A DNA stretch of 64,000 nt from Octopus sinensis (lineage: Eukaryota): NCBI RefSeq assembly GCF_006345805.1, contig NC_043007.1, forward strand, positions 45,074,001 to 45,138,000, read 5' to 3'. Each line of letters begins with the position of its first letter. The stretch's first letter is position 1. Position numbers and translations under genes: made by a program. A model generated the notes under the pieces. That model had not been told where the DNA came from. It searched no databases and was given only the letters and a program-made list of their open reading frames with translations. Below, in pieces: positions 52,725 through 64,000 of this stretch.

Positions 52725-52760
52725 CTTTGACGTTTCGAGCCCACGCTCTTCAACAGAAAG
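52725..52760 (-). ncRNA. minimal type I hammerhead-like motif (core CUGUUGA, GUC cleavage triplet)
   Basis: CTTT-CTGTTGA-A-GAGC-GTGG-GCTC-GAAAC-GTC-AAAG: stem I CTTT/AAAG, stem II GAGC/GCTC, loopless palindromic stem III ACGT; lies within a (TA)-anchored unit at 52645-52830. Confidence 0.7.
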
Positions 52761-54094
52761 GGGTGAGAGGAACAAAATGGATTGAGAGAGAAAGAAAATC
52801 GGAGCGAGAAAAAATGAGTTCGGATTAACTGCTTAACATGATTAAATGACCGAAGGAAGAAGTGCAGTGAAAGGGAGATAACAGTGACCCGGTTGAACTA
52901 GGGTGCGCAAGCGTGCGTATGTATGTAAGTGTGTATGTAGAGATTGTCTGTGTGCGTGCGTATATGTAGCGGACTAATATATTTTCAAAGAGCCAATGAA
53001 GAAACACCTTATACAGATGCGTCATTTAAGTGCTGAATATATGTGAGCGAGTTGTGCAAATATACAGTAAAGGATAAGGTGTTTACCTTCAACTAATATA
53101 GAACCATACAACTTTTTGTTCATTCAATATGAACGCTGCAGGAATGTGTGTCGAAATAATGAGCGGGTCCCAGTTAATCCTTGCAGTAACTGCTAAGGCT
53201 GAAATGCATCAGTGCCCTTAATCGATTTATTGGAAAATAATATAGTAAACTAAAACTATACGCTAGAAGTAACACAGCAAATATGACGGTATGCTTCCTT
53301 TGCTTGCAATACCTAGGCTCTTTTGTATTACTGGACACCACGTCCATTAAGGAGACAAGCAACCAGCAATAAGATAAGCTTCATGCAGTGAATATGTTGG
53401 GAGATACAAAGGAAAAGACATGAAAAGAAATTCAACGAGAAGCTGCTCTAAGACACACAAGACCCACAAAAAAAAAACAAAAAAAAATCAACGCAAGTGT
53501 TTCAAGAAGTTCTGTAAAATATATTTTCGAGGAAAGAAACTACTGGCAAAGAAAGGCTACTGCCTGAGGGATACATCAATGAAAGGACGAGTATTTACGC
53601 AAAGGCGAGTTTCTCACTTAGATACGTCTTGCACTCAGACCTGCCAATAAGCATTGAGGTTGTTCTGACGAAAATTTACACATAAGTAGATCTTTCCTTT
53701 TAACCACAAATATTTAACGACAGTTATCATTATCGAAGTGAATGAGAATTATAAAATGAGTAGCACAAACACGAAATATCTCTGGCATATGCAAATGCAG
53801 TTTTCAAATGCTAACACGATGTTCATTGAGTCTGTTTGTTGTTAACTAGAAGAATGGTGTTACCGTTAGCTCGATGGGCACTGCATACATTAAACGAATA
53901 TGAAAAAATCTTTGTTTCTGGAGAAAACAAACAAACAAACAAAAAACCAGCCTTATGGCAGTATACTATTTACTTAATATAAGAAATTAAAATTTAAAGA
54001 AAATAATCGATTTCCTACCAGAGCAAATGTAACGTTTACATAAACAGAAAACGTAACTAAATCTGGTTTTCGAACCACATTTCATCTTAAACAT

Positions 54095-54173
<79 letters not shown>

Positions 54174-54459
54174 AGAAATTTCTAAGCAATAATTGCTAAA
54201 CACGTCCAAACCAGTGATGAATACTGTGGTATTTTAATAGAAATGGCGTCAAAATCCGTTATAACTTTGCAAAACATTGGCACTGTGCAATTTAGCGTTG
54301 TTTATTTGAATCACGCCCCCAGAATCTGAGTGCATATGTGCGCATTAGCAGTTTTATTCCATTAATGGAAAATATTTAAAGAAAGCTATCATTTACAAAG
54401 TGAAGATGAATTTTAAAACGTGCAAGATAAAAGATAAAATGCTTCTGGGTTGAACAAAT

Positions 54460-54606
54460 GCAGTTTTAAAAAAATTGTCATGGAAGCGCGTAGCTCGGGG
54501 TTCAACTGTATGATGTAGTGCCTGGGGGAAGTGTCTTTTACTATAGCCCCAGACCGAAAAAAGTCTTGTCAGCGGATTTGGTAGAGGGCAACTGAAAGGC
54601 CCCTGT

Positions 54607-54687
<81 letters not shown>

Positions 54688-54733
54688 ATATATATATATA
54701 TATGTATACATACATACATACATACTACATACA

Positions 54734-54769
<36 letters not shown>

Positions 54770-55025
54770 TAATATATGCGTGTGTGTGTGTATGTGTATC
54801 GCTGTGTGTGTCTGTTTATATTTGTCCCCCACCACCGCTTGACAACCGGTATTGGTGTGTTTACGTCGCTGTAACTTAGCGGTTCGGCAAAAATGAATAA
54901 TAGAGCATGTATTAAGTTTAAAGCATAAAACCTGGGGTGGATTTGTTCGACAATGCCGTAGCCAGCCCCTTCAAGACGATGCTGTAGCATGGCCACAGTC
55001 AAATGACAGAAACAAATAAAAGGGT
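54460..55025 (+). mobile_element. SINE-S3 with expanded internal microsatellite
   Basis: Degenerate head, ~210-bp TA/TACA/TG tract, conserved tail. Confidence 0.8.
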
Positions 55026-55504
55026 AGAAAAAAGATAAACCACAAATCTATTTCTGTGCAAAAAGACCGAATTCAAGTCGTATCCAGTTATGTACAGATC
55101 TGAAGGAATGCTGTGTTCTCATTACAGAAAAAGAAATCAATAAGCAGAGTCTGCTATATATATAAAGGTTAATAACATCGCCGACAATGTGCTGTCGAGT
55201 TATATCAAATATATCTTATTTTAACCATAACCACTAATAATTTAAAGTTCAGATAAAAAATTGAAATGATATCATGAAAACACGTTTTATTGGTGCATTA
55301 TATTATTAATGATTTATAACCAACTTATTGTCTGCTTGTAAACAACCGGACTCTTGTAAGTTCCTGACTAGTAAATGGCCATTAGTGACCATATGTCACT
55401 ACCGAAGTGTAATTTTGTGTTTACAGTCGACGTAGAGAGTCAATGCAACGAAATGTTCTCAAATTTATATACAATCAACAACAAAATCAACAACAACAAC
55501 AACA

Positions 55505-55720
55505 ATCCTATCTATTATAAGCACAAGACCTGAAATTTGGGGGAGGGGCAAGTCGATTACATCGACCCCAGTGCATAACTGGCACTTACTTTATCGCCCC
55601 CAAAAGGATGAAAGCCAAAGTCTACCTCGGCAGAATCTGAACTCAGAACGTAAAGACGAATGAAACACCGTTAAGTATTTTGCCTGACGTGCTAACGATT
55701 CTGCCTGCTCACCGCCTTCC
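55505..55720 (-). mobile_element. SINE-S1
   Basis: Full reverse copy. Confidence 0.85.
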
Positions 55721-56479
55721 CAGGCAGTGGCTCATATGGCTTCTGATCTTAACTAATTCGAGGTGTTATCATGTCCATGCTTCGTATTGGTATAAAAGGA
55801 AGCCGGGCTACAGCAAATATTCTGCTCAATACAACAGATTAGCTTGACAGTTTTTTTGACCTGAACTAGTTGAGCATGTCTCTTAGTAATTGACGATGTG
55901 TGCATCTCTGATCATGAGCAGGAGTTGTGGGGGAGCATCATAGCCATATGTTGAGAGGAACTCTCTGGGGTTTGAATAATTCACCTCTAGAAACATGGGT
56001 GTTTCGTTCCTCATCCTTAAACAAACCTTATTCGGGGACTTTTTGAATAGGGTGGGATACTCGACCTGAAGAAAGCACTAGACAGGCAGGCACTACCTGT
56101 CTACTAGTTAGACAAGTAGTGAAGGGGTTTTATGTCGAGTGCGGCTTGTACAACACTGTAGCGATTCTCGCTAGCAATACCTAGAAGCCCAGAGACAAGC
56201 AGTGTGCAAGATGCCCAGCTTAATAGAGCAGCGGGTTTTATACTCGAGTTTGCCTTCTCCTTGAGAAAAGACTTAACAAAAATCAGGGTCCCTCACTCCC
56301 AGTGAGCTAACTACGACATAGGACACCAAAGCGAGTATTTCTAGGTTCTGTCGCTCATATAACCACCTGGCAGGTGCTACTACTCCGGGTCAGAGTAGAC
56401 TTGGGAATAATACTAGTGGCTCGGAGGGTAACTTTCTAGGTGCAATCCCATTGTCATTCATGACCCAAGGGGGTCTCCT

Positions 56480-56660
56480 AAAAAAGAACAAACACACAAA
56501 AAACAACAACGCAAGGACGTGGTGCATGTAATGTATTAGCAGACACTCAGGAAAGCAAAGATGGGTTAACGTTTCGAGCAGACACTCTTTTTTTGGAAAC
56601 AGAGGAAAGACCAATAGAATGGAAAACGGAGGAAGAAAATCGCCAACGATTCACATGTGG
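56480..56660 (-). mobile_element. Penelope-like terminal remnant with decayed hammerhead core
   Basis: GCTCGAAACGTTAACCC retained, core box decayed; homologous to 48860-49041. Confidence 0.6.
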
Positions 56661-56674
56661 TTATATTTTGATGT

Positions 56675-56884
56675 GTGCGTGTGTGTCTGTGTGTTTGTTC
56701 CCCCACCATCGCTTGACAACCGATGTTCGTGTGTTTACGTCCCCGAAACTTAGCGGTTCGGTAAAAGAGGCAGATTGGATAAGTACTAGGCTTACAAAGA
56801 ATAAGTCCTGGGGTCGATTTATTCGACTTAAGAAGACAGTGCTCCAGCCTGGCCACAGTGAAATGACTGAAACAAATAAAAGAA
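56675..56884 (+). mobile_element. SINE-S3 3' half
   Basis: Conserved S3 tail. Confidence 0.85.
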
Positions 56885-56927
56885 TATATTATATGTGTGT
56901 GTCTACAAGTGTGTGCATGTATGTGCG

Positions 56928-57010
<83 letters not shown>

Positions 57011-57389
57011 AACATGGGAGAAAACGAGGGAGATGTGTAGGAATTACGTATTTTATAAGAAACTTCAGCTCTACTGAATTTTTCAGTAATTTGCTATATC
57101 CACTTAACCAGTATTCTATTTTATAATACAAAAGACCAGACAACGACGGGAATATAGATGCATACATATACACATACACGCAAACATACATACATGTAGA
57201 GAGAAATAAAAGAGAGGATGAGAGAGTGAGAGAGAGAATGCATGAGCAAGAGAGAGAGAGAGAGAGAGATTATAAGGAAGGGGGAAAGTGAAGAAACAAA
57301 AGAGAAATTTTAGAATAAAATAAAGAGTATAATTATGAATAAAATGAGAAATACTATAATAAAAGAAAAAACTTTTCAAACGACAAAAA

Positions 57390-57469
<80 letters not shown>

Positions 57470-57757
57470 AAGGAGAGATTGATAATATAAAAGGAACAAA
57501 AGCGAGAAGGGAAATTTGATAGTTAATGGTAAAAAGCGAAAAGGAGAGTGAACATTTGTGTATGTGTGTGTGTGTGTGTGTATATGTGTGTGTGCATGTG
57601 ATTGGAAAAGCAGAGTAGATAACCAGAAAGATATTTTCTAAATAGAATTTATTTCTGGCGGAACGATTTCACCTTTGACATTTCGATGTTAATTAGCAGC
57701 AGGGGGCAGACACTATTGTCACCTCCAATCAATAATCGCGACATCATTTAATAGTTT

Positions 57758-57804
<47 letters not shown>

Positions 57805-57806
<2 letters not shown>

Positions 57807-58255
57807 TTCTTTCTAATTTTCGGCACAATGAAAGCAATTATGTGGGAAAGGGGAAGCGGATTATATCGACCTCAGTGTTCAACTGGTACTTTATTTAATC
57901 GAACCTGAAAGGATGATGAAAAAAAAACGAAAACGGTCTCAGTGACATTTGAAATCAGAACATTAAGAGCCGGAAGAAATACTTCGAAGCATTTTGTCCG
58001 ATGCGTTAACGATTTTGTCAGGTTGCTGCCTTTATAATAGGTCTTTGTACTGTAGGCAGAAAGCCTGACTTTTTAGGGGAGGAGGAAAGTTGATTTCATC
58101 GACTCTAGTACTCAACTGGTACTTACTTTATCGATCCCAAACGGATAAAAGCAAAGTCGACCTGGGCAGAATTTGAACTCAGAAGGTAAGGGAGGATGAA
58201 ATGCCGGTAAGCACTTTGCTCGGCGCGTTAACAAATCTGCCGACTTGCCGCCTTC
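57805..58255 (-). mobile_element. two tandem SINE-S1 copies
   Basis: Reverse S1 consensus at 57805-58032 and 58040-58255, next to (AAT)n. Confidence 0.8.
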
Positions 58256-58519
58256 GTTGCCTTTAAACTAATAATAATGGTTACTGATTTACGCTTAAGT
58301 TCAACAATTCTTAAGAGTAGAAATTAGTCACTCGACTCCAGTACTTAACTAGTAAACAGTAATATGCTGTATGAATTTGTCTTGGCAGCTGTTTAATTTC
58401 ATTGTACGTCTCATTGCACAACACCTTGTGCAAGTGTCTTCTGACATAACCCGGGGTCAATTTAAATCTTCTGAGTAAAATTTAGCAGTTGGAAGCCCAG
58501 TGTCAGTGGATATTTGTCA

Positions 58520-58745
58520 GCGAGATTGAAAAAGAGTACAAGCAGAAGAACAAGATTGATCCTGTTCTCGAGGTGGTAGACCTATTATTCGGTTTGACAA
58601 CATCCGACTCTGATCTTTTTTGCGGGATCAACTCTGTGCTGAGCATTCATAGCAGGGCCTTCCGTCCGCGAATAAGTCATTCTATTTATCTCAGTTCTCA
58701 TGTGACCCCCAAAAAGGCTAAGCTCATTATCTCTTCTTCCTCCTA
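58520..58745 (+). mobile_element. possible RTE-type LINE 3' remnant
   Basis: Frameshifted EIEKE..KID / SRGGRPIIRFDNIR resembles the RTE C-terminal RGRP..RW.D.I motif. Confidence 0.4.
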
Positions 58746-59584
58746 ATGTCATATAAAAACTCCCGTGCATTCATACACATATGCACCTTTCACGCACGCA
58801 AACAAACACTCCAACGCACTCACACACACAAGCACACACACATGCGTGCGCACGCAAGCACATATTTACTACTCCATCAAGACTTTCCTCAATGGTGGTT
58901 TCTTACGTGAAGTTGACATTTATAGATGGGGAAACTGTATTTGTAATTTACTTTTTAGAAAGAAGTAAGATAATTATAATTACATTTAGAGAACGAGACA
59001 CGAATTAGAAACCTTCTATTTAACGTCTAATACATAAATCTGATTAAATAGTTGCTGGGGAGTAGGGCAGCTGCTATGGTGATTTCTTCTTTGACAAAAG
59101 AATAAAATAATTATAATTGCATTTAGAAAATGCGACACGGATTCGAAATCTGTTTAGCGGCGAATGCACGAAATTGATATCATTGTATATTTAGAGAGAG
59201 TGTGGTGACTTAAAGTCGGTTTCAGTACTTGAAGTACTAGGAATAGCAGCCATATTTTCCTAAAAGCAAACTCCAGTCGTAAGTAAGAAAGGATACATTG
59301 GTTGAAGAAGTCCGATATGTCCTTAAAAAAAGAAATAAAAACTGGAGAAGGTCATAGCTTGTATGTTTTTGATCAAAGATTTGCTAGTTCAACGTTAACT
59401 CGCGAATAAGACGTAACAATATCAACTAGAATATATTTTATCGACCTTAGGTGGATGAAAGACTAAATCGAAGCAGAGAAAGTAGAGTGATACAAGTAAA
59501 ACACTAGAAGGCATTTTGTCTGACTTCTGCCTCTTTAATTACCCTGCCCCCTATTTTACTACACAATATTTACATCCATATTCT

Positions 59585-59712
59585 GCAGGGGTCGACTTTG
59601 CCTTTCATCCTTTCGGAGTCGATAAAATAAGTACCAATTGAACACTGGGGTCGATGTAATAGACTTATCCCTCCCCGAAATTTCTGGCCTTGTGCTACTA
59701 TCTGAAATCATT
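59585..59712 (+). mobile_element. SINE-S1 3' half
   Basis: GTCGACTTTGCCTTTCATCCTTTCGG.. through tail A. Confidence 0.85.
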
Positions 59713-62427
59713 ATTTACGTCTGCTTAATGAAGCAGTACTTTATTTAATTGTAAAACATCACTGCTTCACTGACGCTTAGCATATTTTAGAAGATAAAAC
59801 GCAAGGTGAGATATGAGGCTATGAATTTCTCAGAGCTATTTACAACAGAGTTATTGAAGTAGAACTCCATCACGTAGGACTTTAATCGATTTGTTGACTT
59901 ATCTTCCTGTGAAAGGGCTACTCGACTGTGCTAGCAACTCTTAAAAGATTTTCTTTGACGAGGAAGAAGACCGAGTTTGTTCACTGACCATCTGTGTTGA
60001 AGTCAACGACATGAAAAACAACGAACATCTAGAAAGAATTTCGACCAAAAGACTGAAGGATATAAAGAATATAATACTCAGGTATTTTGTGCGGTGTTTT
60101 AGCGACTTTTGCGAATGAGTCGCCATTGAATGAAAATGCTTTCTTCTATATCAAAGAATTTCAGGAATTTTTTTCTCTAACATTTCGTAATTTATTAGAA
60201 ATTTTAAAACAGACAATACTTCCATTCAAAGTTAAATCAACATATTTGATCTGATCAGATTACCTTGTACTGCAAGAAACAACCAGCATTTCTTAATGTG
60301 ATTCCAATTATGATAATATAAAGAAGGTCAAGTTATAGAAAGTATGGCATCATCGAGAACTGAAATGTTAAAAGGTGTTTTGCTTCGAATCATTGAAAAC
60401 AATCTGTTGAATGTTATCTTTGTAAGCCATACGACGAACGACATTAAATATTTTCACGACATTTTAATTCACAACTTAAATGTCTTCTCTTACAAATGGT
60501 TCATACCTCCATCAAACTATCAGTTAAAGATGAACAGGAACTTCACATTAGAAATAATTTTGACAAATTGCATTACAGATTACTTCGCAAACCAACAGAA
60601 TGTTTTTTTTATCTATTAAATTAAATGGCTATCGCACGGTGACGTTATATGATGACGTTATATCAAGAGACTACGCCCAGAAGTCACGTCATTGAAATAT
60701 GTCCAGTAGGGTTGTAGTCATAAGGATTTGATAAGCGATGACATTTCCAATGACAATTATTTACTTGATATACTCAAATCTGTCTGAAAGATATCTTAAA
60801 CATACTGAAATAAATTCCGTTTCTTTCATTCACTGGGAATAATGGATGTCGGCCACTTTGTATGTTTTACTTCAGAAATTTATGGAGTAGGTTTGTTCTA
60901 TCTCCAGAATGCCACGCAGCATAACGGAGAGTTTTGTTAACCTCGGATGTCACTATGGGACGATACTCTTTAAAGATTAGCTTTGATAAATGTAATATGA
61001 ATGTGAGTGTAAAAACCTGTAAACAACAAAACTGTCACTCTTTATATGTTTATAGTGTATGTATGGATTTACAGTAGTATATATAATCTCTCAGGATAGT
61101 TTCTTTAGTATCTTGAGACCTAGTAATGTAGCTAATTTAATTAGTAAGAACTCTTGAAATCTAAACTACCTATTTTTCAATATATTTTTGAAAATATTTC
61201 CCCTCTTCAGCGTAACATCCCTGGTACCCTAATCTATTAAAAATGGAAGACATAATTAGTATAAAAAAGATACCAAGATGAGCCGATATTACAATTCATG
61301 TAGATGTATTTGAATTATATGTGATGCAATTTTAAGGTCATTAGCCAGCTGTGAGATCGTCAAATTGAACAGTATTTCCCAAGCAGAGGGAGTGCTATGA
61401 AAATTGAAGAGTCGTGTTGCGGAAAAATCGCAATGTTTAACAAAACACAATCGACACTATGGCAAACAAAAAACAATTATATCGATGCAAAATTTATTTT
61501 GCTTTATCATTAAAATATAGGTGGAATGGAGGAGTGCACATTGCTATTTTTTAAAATAGTTTGTTTTAAACTTCTCCAAACTTTATGGCAAAGAAGAAAT
61601 AAAAAGAATTATGTCGAGGCAAAGATCTATATGGTTTTCTCATTTATTTAATTCTGTGCATTCCACATCAAATCACAATGCTACCAGGTCACAGAGCTTT
61701 GCATTTTTCAGGGTTGATGACTAAAATACCAGTCAAGTACTGATGCAACCCTTCTTGTGTCACAAATTTATTGTTTTGATGAGTCCCGTTAAAAGAGCAT
61801 GATATCGACGACACACCAGGAATAACAAAATAAGGAATTGGCGACATCAAATGGGGAAAGGGAAAGTATTTTTGTGACTATCACGTAACAGTCAACTATA
61901 AATGTGTTAGTACGTCAAATGATTTCAATTAGCACCATCCATGGCTCAAAACCGATATAGTGTGGCACAGAAGAACAGTTATCATTAGTGATATGTAATG
62001 TCTATAAACTAGTAATATCATTAAAGCATACAAAGATATTTTAAATAAGAAAAACAGCAAAAGAAAACACAGACCAATGCCATTTGTGACCATAATGAGA
62101 CAAAATCAGGAAAGTGTGCTATATGCGACGTAACGACCTCGGGGAGCAACAGCGTCAAAAAAATAATAACTTTTGCAAGAGCATTAAAAGAAAGACAATA
62201 GGATAATGATTGAGAAAGGTCATACTCAGATAATGGCATCATCTAGTTATTGTAAGCAATGTTATATAGGACGTAATGAGAGTAATAGAAGGGATATATA
62301 GTTCTCATGTAACTCTGATGTGTGCGGAGATGTAAGCAATTGTGTATGCATACACACAGAAACACGCTTACATATGAATAATATATATAGATAATGAGTA
62401 AATATTCAATAGCGAATATTTATAAAG

Positions 62428-62428
62428 A

Positions 62429-62461
<33 letters not shown>

Positions 62462-62592
62462 TACTACTACTACTATCTGCGGTATATATGATAATAATAA
62501 TAATAATAATAATAACAACAACAATAACAACAATAATAAAAATAATAATAATAACAACAACAACAACAACAACAACAACAATAATAATAATA

Positions 62593-62624
<32 letters not shown>

Positions 62625-62625
62625 T
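62428..62625. repeat. compound (TAT)/(TAC)/(AAT)/(AAC) microsatellite
   Basis: Directly visible. Confidence 0.95.
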
Positions 62626-62659
62626 ATATATATGTGTGTGTGTGTGTGCATACATGGAT

Positions 62660-62883
62660 ACAGGACGTCACCGACTGTGCAAACAACGTGAAATACGTAA
62701 ACAACGTGCAAAAATGGAAAACAGGACAAGTAAAAACAGAATAAGGATCCTGCTCGAAATGAGGGGTAGATAGACAGCGGACAACTGATGAAGGGTTCTT
62801 AACTCCGTATTTACTTATCCTCTTTTCCATCTTTCTCTTTGTTTTCGTATTTAAATATGGCTTGCATAGTTGATGACGTCCTA
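62660..62883. mobile_element. self-inverted (TA)-anchored repeat, GACAACTGATGAAGGG family
   Basis: AGGACGTCACCGACTGTGCAA start is inverted by TTGCATAGTTGATGACGTCCT end; related to 17626-17780 and 63780-63920. Confidence 0.6.
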
Positions 62884-62898
62884 CACCCATATATCCAT

Positions 62899-63306
62899 GT
62901 GGCTGTGTGGTAAGTAGCTTGCTAACAAACCACATGGTTCAGGGTTCAGTCCCACTGCGTGGCATCTTGGGCAAGTGTCTTCTGCTATAATCCCCGGCCG
63001 ACCAATGCCTTGTGAGTGGATTTGGTAGACGGAAACTGAAAGAAGCCTGTCGTATATATGTATATATATATATATATGTGTGTGTATGTGTTTGTGTATT
63101 TGTGTGTCTGTGTTTGTCCCCCTAGCATTGCTTGACAACCGATGTTGGTGTGTTTATGTCCCTGTCACTTAGCGGTTCGGCAAAAGAGACCGATAGAATA
63201 AGTACTGGGCTTACAAAGAATAAGTCCCGGGGTCGATTTGCTCGACTAAAGGCGGTGCTCCAGCATGGCCGCAGTCAAATAACTGAAACAAGTAAAAGAG
63301 TAAAAG
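62899..63306 (+). mobile_element. SINE-S3, near full length
   Basis: Highly similar to 30251-30667. Confidence 0.92.
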
Positions 63307-63357
<51 letters not shown>

Positions 63358-63921
63358 ATTTATTACTATTATGTAATTGAACGCAATGCATCCATTTCTA
63401 AATAAGTTCATCTTCACCTTTTGGATGCGACTCTACTCTATACTGTTTTCTTCCTTCTAATTCCGTTTGTCTCCCCTCTCTCTTTCACCGTTTTGTATCT
63501 GTCTCTCTGTCTGTCTCTCTCTCTCTCTCTCCCCCTTTCTCTTTTCACCTCTCTCGCTGCTCACACGTGACCATCGTCTATCTTTCTTTTCCTGCCTTTT
63601 CTCTTTTCAAAGGTAATATTTCACCTTGCGTTCACTATTTACCTCTCGTTCTGGTCAAACGATCCTCCATATTTGTTTTCGTTCGGTTTCCTTGTATGTT
63701 TCCACTGTCCTGTTATTGTTCTAAAATTTGACCTGCCATAAACCCTAAATTTTATTTTAGAATATATGGGAACAACTGTCTTTGAACACTCATATTGTCG
63801 TTGAATTCTCAAAATGGGGAGTAGATAGATAGCCGACAACGGTTGAAGGGGCTTTTCTGCGTGTTTACCTGTCCTGTTTTCCATTTTCTCGTTTTTTATG
63901 TATTTAACTCGTTTGTTCATA

Positions 63922-63952
<31 letters not shown>

Positions 63953-64000
63953 ACATACACAGACACACACACACACCACACACACACACACAACACACAC

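Noticed and set aside
55725-56420. GC-richer block that looks like interspersed repeat(s)
   Set aside because: Single occurrence in the window and no diagnostic motif, so it cannot be classified

Overview
Repeat-saturated, AT-rich eukaryotic intergenic or intronic DNA. The tRNA-derived SINE families and dense (TA)/(CA)/(ATCT)/(GA) microsatellites point to an octopod cephalopod (Octopus-like); this is inferred from repeat content only. No intact protein-coding gene is visible, and nearly all ORFs in the supplied track are microsatellite or SINE read-throughs. The window holds three SINE groups (several with target-site duplications and nested insertions), decayed LINEs (R4/Dong with RLE endonuclease, RTE, CR1, probable L1/Tx1), Tc1/mariner remnants and MITEs, a probable Helitron, and a 100-N gap flanked by a probable false duplication. 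The most interesting signals are four. (1) A dispersed set of short, (TA)n-anchored, often self-inverted units carries minimal type I hammerhead-ribozyme folds with non-canonical cores, resembling Penelope-like element ends. (2) A SINE repeatedly inserts at one site inside its own copies, and one tail variant matches the 3' end of a local L1/Tx1-like LINE. (3) A candidate Ly6/uPAR (three-finger) terminal exon has a single in-frame TAA. (4) There are several long inverted duplications.
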